From Eutreptiella sp. 'Long Island Sound 2002' (taxonomy: Eukaryota; Protista; Euglenida), in NCBI GenBank assembly GCA_964036045.1, contig OZ038378.1, positions 158,162,001-158,226,000 on the forward strand: DNA of 64,000 nucleotides, read 5' to 3'. The position numbers were made by a program, and so were the translations under genes. Below, piece by piece: positions 1-14,612 of this stretch. The notes below the pieces were generated by a model. The model did not search any database. It had not been told where the DNA came from and was given only the letters and a program-made list of their open reading frames with translations. Within the stretch, counting starts at the first letter, position 1. Each line of letters begins with the position of its first letter.

Positions 1-361
1 CTGTCCCACCCTCTCCCTACTCTCTCCCACCCTCTCCCAACCATCTGTGATGACCAGCGTGGCGTAGCCCCACCTCAACTGTGTCTGATTGTCTGGATGG
101 CGGCAGAAGTGGGTGAAGGCCACTTAGTCAATGTCCAGGCGTGACAACGGCTCCTCTAAGTACCGTTTGAGGTGCAGCAACTTGGCTTTCAGTAGCCCAT
201 GCTCTACATCAGTACCGCTGACGATGCACAGGATCATCTTTGGCACCCCTGATGAAGGAAACGTCCGAGAAAGAGTTGTGCTACGATGTGCACCCCAGTG
301 TCCCCATGTACCTATGCTTCTTGCCCGATGCTCGGCACTGGGGCAACCGGGCTTGCAATTG

Positions 362-725
362 GAGGGGGAGGGTTGATAGAGCCCCCTGGCTAGACCCCCC
401 CCTCCCCCAAAAAGGGCTCAATTGACAGGACCCCCAAAATCCTACCGAGACTGACGCCCGGGCCTCAGAGGTGACCCAGACCCAAAATTGGGCAAAAAAT
501 GAAAGTGGGATTTTGGGAATCAGCGCGTCGAGCGGGTTCAGAAAAGTCATCATTTGCCATATATTTGGTGAAAAAAAAATTGACCAATTTTAGTGCTCAA
601 AAAAATTTTCGGCGCCTTTGGCGCCAGAATTCATAAACACTGATTAATGGTGCCTGTCAATTGAGCCCCTCTCCCAAACCCCCCCGCCCCGATTTTGGGG
701 GCTCTATTGACCCCCCCCCCCCCTC
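362..725. mobile_element. MITE-like non-autonomous element with nested inverted repeats
   Basis: Perfect 16-bp inverted repeat gggctcaattgacagg (414-429) / cctgtcaattgagccc (653-668), an imperfect outer IR (ggg..gatagagcccc / ggggctctattgaccccc) and an internal ggcgcctttggcgcc hairpin; no ORF. Confidence 0.5.
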
Positions 726-1050
726 CACTTGCAAGCCCGACAAGCCCTGTACCCCTGTGGCCCTGTACACTACTGCCCACAATACAAAAGTGAGAGTAGG
801 TTGAAGGTCAGAGATGCCCCTTGTGCTGTGGTGCAGGTGTTCCCTGTGCACTGCACAAACACACCTGCAATGGCCATCCGCTTATGTTCGCAGTCCAAGA
901 CCATGCACTGTAAGGCTGAGAAAGAAGTGGTGCCATCAAAGGGGACACAGCAGCACATCGTACATGAACAAAGCTGCAAGACGGCACACACCACCCCATT
1001 CTTGCATAGCACGCCGCTTCAGAGTGGGTGGGCGGGTGGACGAGTGGAGT

Positions 1051-1194
1051 GGAGGGAGGGAGGGAGGGAGGGAGGGAGCAAGAGAGAAAGAGGCGAGAGA
1101 GTGAGAGAGAGACAGAAAGACAGAGAGACAGACAGACAGACAAAGAGACAGACAGACAGAGAGACAGACAGACAGAGAGACAGACGGACAGAGT
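1051..1194. repeat. (GGAG)n/(GA)n/(GACA)n compound microsatellite
   Basis: Directly visible simple repeats. Confidence 0.9.
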
Positions 1195-4064
1195 GAGGGC
1201 AACAGTATTTAGTGTCCTGAGCGGAGATACCTGAGGAAAACCTCACACAGATCCTCTTCACACCCAAAACCACTTCCGTTCTCCTCACCTGCGACCCCTT
1301 TGAACCTCCACCGGACCCGGCCCACGTCAACCTGCATGCCTTTGGATCCACCAACACCCACCTCCCCCACATGATACCTCTCACGGCTTTCATGTCGGTG
1401 AAGAGCTGTGGCAAATCACTGCGAGGCTACACACATAACTTTCATCTGTTTCAGGACATGGACTCTAGCTCTGACGATGATCACTGCCCTGCCCAGAACC
1501 TACAAGCCCTGCCCACACATGGATGGGAATACCTGTGCAGGCTGGGGTGACGTCAGTGTCCGCCTCTGCATCAGACTGGGTTGCAAGAGTGTCCGGCACG
1601 GAGGTTGTGTGGTAGGCGTTCCAGATATTGCTGACGATGGCAGCAATCAACGGTTGATTGGACACTTCGCTACCCGCTGCCATACATGATTGTGATGGTT
1701 CGTGATGAGATACTCACACACGTCCGTTGGTACACACACATATACATACACATGCCCTACCGCAAAGCACGTTCACACCCTGTGCAACCTCTCCAAAGAC
1801 AACAGGTACTGGATGCTTAGGCCTCTGCCCTCCTCAACATGCACTTCTGTACCCCCGCCCTTGTCCTTGCTACCCAAAAGTCCCAAATTAATACGGTCTC
1901 TTTGCCTACTGTAGCTTGGACAAGGGCGCAGCCTGCGCGCAACACATACAACTACCGACACACACGTGGGTGAGCGCATGGTATGATATGGTGCACAAAT
2001 ATCCCAAAATCAGAGCTATGTGGGTTCAAGTGGGCAAACACTCACAACAAATATGTCCATGACTCCATGTAACTGGCGAATTTGTCACCAAACCCATGTC
2101 TCATGTGGCTGCACTACATTTGGTACCGAATTAAATTAGGTGCCAAATTAATATGGTCCCTACGCCAACTGTAGCTTGGACAAGTGCGTAGCTAGGACGG
2201 GGGGGGGGGGGGTACACTGTGGCCCTTATTGGCCAGTGCCGTCCTTTCAACGAGGATGAAAGTTTGCCGTGCGCGCTGTTTGTCACCCACTGTTCTCAAG
2301 TATCAAGCCCCACACTTGAACTCCCAAGAAAAGGGAGGGAGGGAGGGAAGGAGGGAAGGAGGGAGCGAAGATTGTTGTCCAATGAGCCTGGTCAATGGAG
2401 CCCCCCTGCCCCCCCCCAGAGTCTGGGGCACCCTCTTCTTGCAAGCCCACATTGCCCCCTGTCAATAGAGCGCTTGGCTAAGCGCCCCACCACCACCAGC
2501 TTTGCCGGAGTTAATGGACCCTCGCCCCCCGTTTGAAAGTCTTCTGAGCCTTGACCCCTTGGGCCCATGCCCCGGGCTGCCATTGGTGAACTGGGGTCTA
2601 ACCTCTGGATTTGGGAAGGGCTTGTGTAAATCCAAAAGATGGCTGGAGTAGAGTAGATCCCACAGCAGTGGGACTGAGATATTGGCAAAACGGAAATGTG
2701 AAGTGTTGCTTCTTGTTACTCTGCATGCTCTGGTTCTCCTGAGCTGGTACTCTCGTTGCCATATGGAGGGCAAGGGCCACACTTGTAATGGGCCAAGCTG
2801 CCCATGTCCCTGCATTGCTGCTACCCCGCCTAGTAAGGTAAAATCACCGTTTGTTGTACCAATGCTGTGCCACTTAGGCAGACGTCGGCGATTAATGCTA
2901 CATGTCAACTAGCGGCATACGGTTCAATGAAACAATGAAGTCTAAATTCACAGACCTATTGAATTATGAAAGCTCAATTGTAGCTTCAAATTAGTACTAG
3001 AAGTACTAGAAGAGGCACCGCGGCGGCCGCCAAAATTGCAGCCGCGCCAGCACTTGCACTAGAAGAAAACTTAGGGAATTTTTGATGAAACTCGAATACG
3101 AATGCGTCAATACATGCAAAATTTTTTGGTTTTCCATGGAATATGCTGCAGAAATCCTTCCATCGGCAAAAGAATTCGCCGATTTATTGGCGCAGCTGAG
3201 GAGAGACCGGACCTTTGCGCACCAAAAATCGAGGGATTTTTCTCGTGACGGAAGGATTTAGGGTGATTGGGGGGTTGATGCGTGATCCAATTAATAGATT
3301 TGAACAGCCAAATCCGTGACACGTCAAGCAGTTTCGCTGAAACCAAGTGCGTAACAGTTCCGGTGGGAGAGAAGGAAGCGGCGCTCCCTCCAGAACGTAT
3401 GCGCGCCGATTGTTCAGGACAGGAGTTGATATCGCAGCCAAAATAACAGTTTTTTGTAGTCCAAATTCAATAATTTGATCGCCTAGATCCACCATTGTTA
3501 CGAAAAATCCTCCCACTGTCCCCCCCAACACAGTGTCACAAGTGGGACCCCAAAGTTTTCCTGCCTCCGCGGCACACCAACGGTGATATGGGCAAATAGG
3601 CAATGCACACTTAGGTGGAGTCTTGGAGAATTAGTTCCAACTATTAAAGACCAACATGGGCACTTTGTGGGCCAATAACGATGTTTTCTTTCAGTGTTAT
3701 GCAGTAGTACAACGGCGAGCACCTGGTACAACAACTGGTGCCTCATGCACCTCGCTGTTTCCAGAAGGGTGCAGCAATCTTGTGGGGTTTTCTTTTCTTA
3801 CATGTCTTGCCCACCTTGCGGGGGGGGGGGGGGTCAAAGGGATCAGTCGGTACTGCTTTTAGACATTGACATGATTTGGCAATCATGTCCCCTGACAGGG
3901 CATTGGAGGGCATTGCTTTGCCATGACAACAAGATTGCCTAAAACGTGTGCAGGACCGCCGTCTGTGAGTCCGGGGGTGGGGTGTTCAAAGACTCGCATC
4001 GGACGGGCTCAATCACTGGGCGTAAACTAAACTGCGTACCGTACGAGCCATCCTTGCACCGTGG

Positions 4065-4260
4065 TCATTGACTGAAAACGAAAATCAGTACACATTCTCG
4101 ATGGTTCAAACCACCGATTTTTATCGACTGACATACCCCCCCCCCCCCCCCCAGTCTGATGACAAACGCCAGAGCGTCCTGCAAATAATAGCAGTTTTTA
4201 AACACATGTGAATGATCTTTGGTGTTCCCACACAAGGGGCACTCTGCAAAAGGCAAAACA
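4065..4260 (-). pseudogene. LINE ORF2 C-terminal CCHC zinc-finger (zf-RVT-like) fragment
   Basis: Translation CPLCGNTKDHSHVFKNC resembles CPICSQKESVKHAMVECP of the LINE at 16 kb; interrupted by a poly-C run. Confidence 0.5.
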
Positions 4261-6270
4261 CGAAATGTTTGGAGTTATTGCGCCATGGGCAACTTGCGCC
4301 ATAGCGCCATGAAAGCACGTGTGTGTGCGCGCGCGTGTGTGTGCCTTGCCCTCACCTTGTTTTTCAATCCACTGTGTTTGCACTGGTTCTCACCTCTGGC
4401 ACCTTTGGCACTTATTTTCCGCTTGTTCCTTGGTGTGCTGTTCAGGTTTTGGGTTTTGGCCTTCGTGCCCCTTTCGCAGTACTATCTTGCAAACGTCGTT
4501 CGTCCCCTGTCTTTCCCGTGCTGGGATGTCATGCAGCACTGACGCCTGTCTTCCCTTGCTTACGCCACATCTGTTGTGGTTCCCAATCTAGTTCTGGATC
4601 CAGCAATTTGAGAGGGCCACTTCGCCTTTGTCAACCCCGCTTCCCTGGTCCCTTGCCCTCCTCGTCATTTGATAATAATGATAATGTTGATGGTGATATT
4701 GTGTGTGCGTGTGGCTGAGGGTCACCATTCTCAGGCGGGAAACGAGTCTGGGGCAGCGGACTAGGGACAGTTGGAGCTCCAGTCTTACCAAAGCTGGCTG
4801 AGCAGGGCGAGCTGTCCGAACGACCAAGCCCTCCAGCAGTGTGTGGCTGGTCTGCGTACTCTGAACGGAGTCAAGTATCATTTTTTTGGGGGGGGGGTGT
4901 TCATTTGGCAGCATTCCTAAAACTGTTCAAACCCACAGAAGCTCAATGCGCACTGACAACAGAACATCCACCACTTTAGAACGTCTTCTCCTGGTGATCA
5001 CTGCCCAGATGGCCCTGTGGCCTAGACTGCAGGGTCCCCATCTCTCCAACAGGCATACCACTGGCCACAATGCTGCCCTCTGGGTCCATCAAGATGCAAG
5101 CCGATACTCCATCACTCACCACTTGGCACAACACCTTCTGCAAAAGCTTTGCCCGCAACATCAACAATAAATGGCTGCAGGAGGAACAGGATGCATGCGG
5201 ATGCAGGATGCACACAAAAATGGCATAAAGAGGGCACCAATGTGATGGCAGCAGCATGCGAAATACAGTCACAAAGGGGGGCACAATGGAAGTGGCTGAT
5301 GTTGCCCAAAACACATGAGTCCCTTGATCTGTACAATTGGCGTTTCGAATGGCTACAATTTCAACAACGACGATTGAGACGTTTCCACATTTCTGTGTGG
5401 CATTTGGTCTTCATTGGCTCAGTGGTCTTAACAGAGGCCTGTATGCAAGCATATGAGCTTTCCGGAGTAACCTTAGGTTAGGGGCCGCAAACCCATTCAA
5501 CAGCATAGAGCGGGTCTGCAGCAGGACAATGGCCAAGGTCTTGCACTGCGTGTGCACTGTGTGCATACTGCGCACGCAGAGGCTGGGATACTCACCCAAG
5601 AATACCTGTCACCGGTCTAGGGGGTGGGGATTCCTTGAAGACCCTTTAGCCCCAAGACACAAGGCAAATGCACAAATGCAATGAAGGAATGTGGGTTGTG
5701 AGTTATCCTAGAGTGCCTTACCTTGTTGGTGAAGGTTGATATCCGAAGGGCGCTTGAATCCAAAACTTCCCACTGCCTGCATGGCATTCCCAATAGCGTT
5801 CTCGAACCGTAGATTAATAGTCCCGTTAGAGTCATCGCTCCCAAACATCATTGCTATGTACAGTGAGCTCATCTATACGTACATTGCTTCAGTGCTCGAT
5901 CTGTCATTGACTCCTCCCTCTCTTGCTCTGCTTTGTGTTGCTCCTTTTTGTGGTTGTTTTCCGCCCTGCTGGCGTACATGAACATACTGGGGGAGGCACC
6001 TGGGTGTCTCTTCGATTAGGGGAGGGCTTGCCGGTTAGAAGAAATGTGGGGACCAGGAAGGAAGGGCGCAGCTTCAACAAAAGCCCGGCTTTGGCTACCT
6101 TTGAGAGGTTGCCAACTGCTGTCATCACTAAATCAATCATCACACACCATTGCCAAGCAGGCAGCATTCATACACGGGTCATGTTTCTTTCATGAGACCT
6201 ACCACTTATAGGTTTGGCCTCGGTCTTGCACTGTTGTGTATAGCGCAAGTACAAATGCTTTGGGAACAGA

Positions 6271-6470
6271 NNNNNNNNNNNNNNNNNNNNNNNNNNNNNN
6301 NNNNNNNNNNNNNNNNNNNNNNNNNNNNNNNNNNNNNNNNNNNNNNNNNNNNNNNNNNNNNNNNNNNNNNNNNNNNNNNNNNNNNNNNNNNNNNNNNNNN
6401 NNNNNNNNNNNNNNNNNNNNNNNNNNNNNNNNNNNNNNNNNNNNNNNNNNNNNNNNNNNNNNNNNNNNNN
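6271..6470. other. Assembly gap (200 N)
   Basis: Run of 200 n. Confidence 0.99.
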
Positions 6471-8849
6471 CTTTGTCCCTAAGTTGCCTATTTGTAGCAA
6501 TCTGTGTATTTTTTGTCCTTCGAACCCCTTACTAGGCCCCAAAATTGACCCCTACCCATCTGAATACCTTCCAAAACATGTTTTTTTGTTTGGTTCCCCA
6601 TCCTCCAAATGGGGGGGGGGGTCCGCACATCAAAGCGAAAATTGCAGAATTTCCCAAAAAGTGCCAAAACGCTCCGCGTTGGCATATTATGAATATGTTG
6701 TTGTCTTGCGTTCGTTCTTAGTTGAGAAATCAAAGGGTCAAAGGGGATTTCCCATTGGTTTGTAGCGTATAGCCTTTGATAATTGGGGGGTGGTCCCATT
6801 TGTACCTACCCCTCGCATGGGGACCAGTGTTCGCGCTCATTGTGGTACATAAAGAGCTATTTTCGTATGTTTGTTGTGTCTTGTGGTGTTGTTACAATGT
6901 CACCCATTGGTTGAGGTGGTAGTTGTAGTCCACGCTGCATTATTGTCCAATTTATCGGCTATTGTAACACGTAATGAGCTTGTGGTATTGTTTTGTTGAA
7001 CGTTGTTTGTCGTTGTTGTTGTGCTATTTTCCATCGTTGCACATATGGCATATGTCCTTAGTTTTGTGTCTTGGTACAATTGTTCATGTGTTGGCCACTG
7101 TTCTAACTAGCCCTCCTACCTTGTGCACAGGTTGCCGTAGACCTTGTTTTTGTGAGATAATTCCATGTAATATTGCTTTTTAGTGTGGCAACATGTGTCA
7201 TATTCACTCTCCCTAGTAACCAGCATATCTATACAGGGTGGCGGCAATGATGGTTTCGGTGGCAAAAGAGGCCAGCGAATCCATGGCTTGGTGTAACGTG
7301 CCTGCAGCATCTTGTGTGTATTGTGTCCAACACTGCTGATGGGTTGGTTGTGGAGGGTGAGTCGGCAGCGCAAGTGAATCAAAACAGCGATATGGAGTGG
7401 GGTTTGGGGGGCGTCAGTTCAGCAAGTTGCTTGCATAGAAATTCCTATTCATGGTGTGGTATTGGAACCGCACAACCATGAGGTGTTGATTTCCAATCCA
7501 AACCAGCCTTTTGTAGGGTGTGGGCCGCCTTTGGGCGCCAATGGGCATTTTGGTGGGGCAACTGGGTGCCAACACTTGGCTCAACGACACAACGGAGGAC
7601 TAGATGTGGCTTTCCTTCCGCCACACTACTTATACCCTCAAACCTCATCCAATTCCCTCACAGACGAGCAAAACAAATGGTGGGGTTTCTTTCCCACCGT
7701 ATTCCGGACCCCCAATGCCTTAATTGCCCCCATGGTGAATGTAGCCATGTGGTCCCTGCCATGTGCATCTAGTTTAGGGGCACCCGTACGCCAACTACTA
7801 TTTTTTTTTTGCTGACGGAGCTACATGATCCATTGTTTGGTGGAGTATTCGCATAATCTTGTCCTGGGATGGCGATGTTGTGTAGCTGGGTTGGGGGCTT
7901 TGTTGGTCGGTAACGTGTTGCCCATTATGGCAAAAGTGCCCAATCTGTTGTATCCTCATATGAAGCAATATTCTATTTTTTGGCATGTCGTTCTTCTCAA
8001 TATACTAGCATCCGCGTGACTTGTAGGTGTTTTTTGGTAATGTTAGGGCATTGCGAAAGTTGTTGTCTATTTCTTTGTAACTCGAGACTAAAGTTCCACC
8101 AAGTGCCCGTAGCGCACTCACACAGCAGGGTCTGGGTCCCTGACAGGCCTTGGTGTGGGTTGGGGTCAGGGTTCCCTAACCTGGCCCCTCATTAGGTACG
8201 TAGGGTGGCACGAGGATCCCCCCCCCCCCGCCCCTCTCCCCATTGAAGCGGGCTTCTAGTGAGATCTCCAGTCTTCAGTCCCGCGTATTGTTTTGCTTGT
8301 ACTGTAGCCCTGACCCGCTGACCTGTACTGTCCTGCCCTGTCCCACGCAGGCAGGCACAAGTCTCACATACCACCCGTCTGATACTCAAGGGTGTGTGTG
8401 GCAGGCTGCAACTTTCCCGAACAGAGGCAGGCCTGCCCCCCCCCCCCCCCCGAGGCAAAACATAGGTTTTGCTAACCTAGGTCGGAGACTTCCACTGTGG
8501 TTACCACAACTACCTTGGGTATTGGCACAGGCTCTGTTGCCCTTGGTCGTTTAGGTTTTTGGGGGCACGATGTGGAGCATGTTCCTTAGTTCCTCAAAGA
8601 TGATAGCATTCCTAGCTTGCGTCTCTGTGGCTATCACGTGCATTGCAGCTAAGTGGCGGCACCCTTGTCTTTCCCAACACTGGATTGTGGTTCACATCTT
8701 TTGGTGGACTTGTTGCCTTCTGGGTCATAGGCCTACAACAAGTGTGCCACGTACGCCTACACCATTGCATGTGTTATGGCAACCTAGGTGCCTGACATCG
8801 TTTCGGATACCCACAGACTAGCTAGAGTCACCCCACTCCACAACAGAGC

Positions 8850-10132
8850 GTGCTAAAAGACCAAGACTGCATCCACCTGGCAATCACCGCCGGGCGTTGC
8901 CGCTTGTCTTTCATGTTTGTAGGCACACCCCGCTATGAGGAACACATGGAACTCAAGATAGGGCAAACCCAGGGAGCGCACAACCATTTGGCGTACAACT
9001 TTCTTCACTAAGCGGACAAAGCACCGAAACAAGAAACAAAAGCGGTTCATCAAGAACTACCTCACCAAAGAGAAACGTTTGGTATCGACGTGCACTACAA
9101 GGGTGACCTGACCACCATTTGGGGTACACAGATGTGCAGCTAGGGGGTGCATGGTGTCGAGGTGGTTGCGCTACGAGTAGGCTAGCTTTTGCTTGGTTCA
9201 CCTTGGTTGGTTAGCATGTGCGTTTGATTTTCCATCTGGTGTCGTTGGCCCGCCAAAGGTGTCATAGGCCTAGGTGCACAACAATAATCTAAATGATAGG
9301 TACTATAATGTCCATGAAAAGCCTAGACCAAACCCTTCCAAACGCCCTTGATTCCAGGCCACCCCACAAGCCCGCCATGACTAGTATGACCAATGCCAAC
9401 CCTTTAGTCTTGGCAACATTGTGTTTAGATGGGCGGCAAATGGTATTTTATAGTGTTGTATCCCGCGGCTCCCAAGGTGAAGATATATGCCCCTTGACAG
9501 CTACCACCACCTTGGTTTGGGGTCCAAGTACCTCAGTCTCGGATCCTTCTTGAGATGTTTTCAGTTCATAACCAACCACATCTATTCCCGTGTTGGTGGT
9601 TATTTGGTGCTGGTTGATGTGGTCCTCGATGTCGGGATTCCATGAGTGTTCCACAACACCTGCAAAATCTTGGGATCACAAGACACTAGTTGGATCCCAT
9701 TTCCAAGGAAGAGAGCCTTGTACATCTTTTGGAAGATGAGCAATGTGTTGGCTACGATAGTAGTTTCACCGTTGTTCAATGCTAGCATCTCGTGAAGCCG
9801 AGGTATTGCCTTTTTTGTTAAAAACTCAAAATTGTTCAAAGTAGAGAACTCAAAAGAGTTCTTGGAAAGCCTGCAGCAGAATCAATCATGATGCTTTCTA
9901 CTGCAGTAGGTGATTGCCACACCGGAGGCTTTTTAACGATGAAGCACAAAATCAGAATCTTAGTGGGTGGCGCTCTCGTGAATGAAGCACATTGCGGCAA
10001 TGATTTTGTAGCATTTGGTGGACGACTCACAATCCTCCATAACCAAGCATGTGGTTTACCTTGAACGTTCAATCGCCTTTTGCATACTCTTTTTGGAGGA
10101 GCACCGGCTAAGCTGACCTCCGTGTTCCACAA
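8850..10132 (-). pseudogene. Highly decayed putative non-LTR retrotransposon ORF2 remnant
   Basis: Short minus-strand ORFs with weak RT-like phrases (ESIMIDSAAGF, FLTKKAIPRLHEML, RSLGLPYLEFHVFL); no YADD found. Confidence 0.25.
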
Positions 10133-11384
10133 TCCACATACTGCACATGAGCAAAAAGCGTTTTGCCTAGTGCAATTGGCGCTGTTGCGCTAGCACCACA
10201 TGCCTGGAGCCCCGGCGCAATCCACTTGACGGCCGTGATGGATGTATGCCATTTGGTGTGCCGCCACTACATTGCGACCCAATTGGGTTACACAACGCGG
10301 CACCTTTACACCATTTAGCATATATTGGGGGATAACGCACTTGTTGCCATAGGATGGTGCTACTGGGAATGGGTTGGTCGATACGGGGACACGCTAATAT
10401 GCCCACAAACGCGACCACAGGCACCCTCGTTCGCGCGGCGGCATAGCCAAATGTCCTTGAAGCTTGTTTACCCTAGGCAAAATGTAGTAATGTTGCCATG
10501 CCACGCGTTCACGTAGCCGAGTGCCATATCTTGGTGGTAACTGGAAATGGAAGGATTGGGGACGATTGGGGACCGTGGAGAACCAATGCATGGAAAAAAT
10601 CTTCTCGGCGGCCGTCATCCACCATTCCACCGCATAGTCGCTCCATTACTCCCACACGGACACCCATAGGTTGCGGAAGGCCACTGCCCATCGGACATAA
10701 AACACGAGGTGAGGGTGCATGCCGGCACCCTTGTGTGGGCACAGAGGGGGCATTGGGGCCGGTAATGATCTCACGGCGGCCCAGTGCCACCACACTTGAC
10801 ATGGACCCAAAACCACAGTACACACGTCAAGCAACAAGTGCCACGGAGCGGGAGCCATGACGACTAGTGTGCGCCCTCGAATCGTGATGTGTGTTGCCGT
10901 TGTACCGTTGACTTCTTGGCCAACGTAGGCATCGGCCCGCACACATGGCTACATCCACACCACCCTTTATGTTTTAGTTCGGTGCCGAGAGCTTCATCGC
11001 CACCTTAGTGAGGAGGTGGATCTCAATGTTCCGACCGATTTCCTTGCGGCCCTGTGCCCTGGTGGCCATAATTCTTTTCTATGGCCGGGGATCCATTGAG
11101 GGGGAAAAATTCTCATCTGGAGATTGTACCTCTCTTTGGATTGGAGATATGTATACGTGCAATAACGGCCAGTTGGTAACCCCCCGGGATCCGGTTCACA
11201 GAGGGTCGTCCTTGCTACAACCGGGTGCAATGACAACGAGGCGCAATGTAGTGCCACATATATGGGATCCCTGAATGCTGCACGGTTCTACAATACAATA
11301 AGATCATGCGAGCTCTCCCTGTCATACAAACTAGGCCCCCTTGTGGCTTTCTACTTAGGGCCACGTGCAGAGCGGTGCAATGGA

Positions 11385-12055
<671 letters not shown>

Positions 12056-12231
12056 GTTGTTGTCTGCACTGTTGTTCTGACTTTTCCTGCTCCCCCCTGC
12101 ATGATGTCCCTTGTCAGGCATATTGCCGTTCCTACGGCGGTGTGCTCAGCAGCGTGTAGAGGAACCGCACAGCGTCTCCGGATACCGGGTCCGCCTGCCT
12201 GAAGAGCGTTCTCTGGGACAGCCTTAAGAGG

Positions 12232-12864
12232 TCAGCTCGACCCGTCAGCCACACATGCATGCGGTCTCAATTTCCTGCTCACAGAGGAGGGCACCGCTCT
12301 GTGTCCCTCTGCCGTCGGACAGTGGAGAATCGCCTCCCACTGGAACGGGTGCCACTTGCCTGCACTTTTGGGTCGCCACTGGACCTGCATGTTCGTCAGA
12401 GCCTGAGTCTTCAGGGTCCAGCTGATTTGGACCATCACCGAGTAGAGTTCTTGGTTGCTCATCAGCAATGGCTCTCCATGATTGTCCACAATTGCACAGT
12501 GCATCCTGGTGCTGTGTGGTTGGTCCAGTCGGAGCCAAATCTGCGGGCCCAGGCCATAGTGGTCAGCTCGGCATTGACTGCCCTCAACCCTTCGTTCGCA
12601 ATGGCGTCCAGCTGGCTTAGTGCTTGCACCTTGAAACGCTGGCGTTGGTGCTGGGGCTTGACCTTCTTCGGGGCTGGCTGAATTTGTGTGTAGGGGCCAT
12701 GTCGATGCTGACGTGGTCCTTGCTCCTTCCATGGCCTTCCCGGCGGCATCACGCCAGGGAGCTCTTCCGCGACAGGACGCGGGGTTTGTGCCTGAGTTCA
12801 GCCGTTGCCGTTGCCACCCCTTTGTGCTTCTGTACGTCGCGACAGGACGCGGGTCTCGTGCCAA
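12232..12864 (-). pseudogene. Frameshifted ORF remnant, possibly retroelement ORF1
   Basis: Overlapping ORFs in two frames with protein-like stretches (QRFKVQALSQLDAIANEGLRAVNAELTTMAWARRF; ELYSVMVQISWTLK); no domain recognised. Confidence 0.2.
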
Positions 12865-14263
12865 AATGCTCTCGCGTCAAAACGCAGGTTTCGGGCACGC
12901 CGGCTTTTTTGGGCTTTAAACCTGTGAAAATTCCGCATTAGAATGCAGGGGTCACAGGCTCTGCTGCTAACGACCTTGTCCAGGGTTCCTGCTTTTCCTG
13001 AGCTTTCGCCTCTTACGTTGTTGCCTGGTGTTGCTCACATCCGTGCTGAAGGACAGTGTTTGAGCTGCAGACATTTCTTCCAACAATCGTCCCATGTGTT
13101 TGTATCCTGCCCAAGCCGATTATTTACGGGGGTTTACAGTGGTTTTGGCCCCCGGCCCCCACATGGTGTAAATTGTTGTAAATTTTCCCAAAAGTGGCGT
13201 AAATTTCTGTAAAAATAGTGTAAATTTAAAAAACGGACGGTGTCACTCAACAGCTCAACCAATTACAAAAACTCAAAACTCTGTAATATGGTGTTCTGAA
13301 CATTGGTTGCTTGGGCCTTGTGACCCCAAGTGGCGTTTTCCCACCGTTTGTACGATTGGTTTCGTGTTTGGATTAAAAAATTGTTTGTGTGTACATACTT
13401 ATATAGACCGGCAGGCTGGGTTTTTTTTTTAGGTGGGTTTGCCCAAGCACTGCCGGGGGTGGGAGGGGTATCGTGGGCTGGGAAATGTACTATGGACCCA
13501 GGTTGTGGTCCAAAAATTGTGCTGTCACAAGGACAGAAAAATGCTGCAAAAAAACTGCACAGCAAGCTGCAAAAAGAGCGGCACATTCATCAAGGGAGAG
13601 GGGGGGAGGGTGGTTGGGGTGGGGTACGTACATTAGTTTCGCGATGTGGGTGGGAGGGTCAGAGGATACATGGAAAGGTTACAGTCAGAGGTAAAAAGCA
13701 GGCAGTACATGAAACAGGTCAGAACAAGACAAGTCAGAACGACACAACACAACGCCACAGAAATCCTATGTTGCTAGCTGCATGGCATCACTGTTTGATG
13801 CCCCGCAGCCATGACTCGAGGGCCTCCGGATCCTCCTCGATCCACGCTTCCAGGCCCTCTGCAGGGTCAAGACGATCCTCTGAATGGCCTGCAAACAGGG
13901 CAAACAAGAGGAAACATTAACCCGGCAAGGGGGAAGTCAGGCACCTGCAAGCAGGCAGGGTGGCAGGGCAGCAGAAAATACCTGTTGGGGGGATGCTCCG
14001 CTCGTCCGCCTGCCACATAGTCACATTGCCAGTCCCATCTGTAGTGCCTACATGGCGGAGAGCAGCAGCAGGGGTAGCAAACTCTTGCCACTCTGCAGCC
14101 GGGTCTTGCTTCCGCACCCACATTACATGAGAAAGCTAAGGCGGCAGAGAACATTGAAAGTAACCCCATACTTGATTCAACCTAGTGGCTATGAGGAATT
14201 CCCAAAAGCGTGGACTAGACCTCATACACCCATAATCCCATTACCCTGTCGGCCCTAAGCTTG

Positions 14264-14612
14264 CCACACCGAAGCGTGGATTGTGAGTCCCTAACCCCAA
14301 CTCGAGGGGCCACGCAACAAAGCGTGGATTGAGAGTCCCTAACCCCAACTCGAGGGGCCACACAACAAAGCGTGGATTGAGAGTCCCTAACCCCAACTCG
14401 AGGGGCCACACCGAAGCGTGGATTGTGAGTCCCTAACCCCAACTCGAGGGGCCACGCAACAAAGCGTGGATTGTGAGTCCCTAACCCCAACTCGAGGGGC
14501 CACGCAACAAAGCGTGGATTGTGAGTCCCTAACCCCAACTCGAGGGGCCACACAACAAAGCGTGGATTGTGAGTCCCTAACCCCAACTCGAGGGGCCACG
14601 CAACAAAGCGTG
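14264..14612. repeat. 48-bp minisatellite, about 7 units
   Basis: Unit agcgtggattgtgagtccctaaccccaactcgaggggccacgcaacaa starts at 14273, 14321, 14369, 14415, 14463, 14511, 14559 (partial at 14607); a related single unit lies near 38070-38100. Confidence 0.95.

Noticed and set aside
729-1414. ORFs with RERE/SLSL/VCLS runs (also near 11.7, 45.7 and 46.9 kb)
   Set aside because: They are microsatellite translations.
10994-11257. Possible RNase H remnant (QWIPGH...RAARKS)
   Set aside because: Only one partial motif; upstream catalytic motifs are not recognisable.
14264-14612. CRISPR-like appearance of the 48-bp array
   Set aside because: Units are contiguous and near identical with no unique spacers, there are no cas genes, and the context is eukaryotic.
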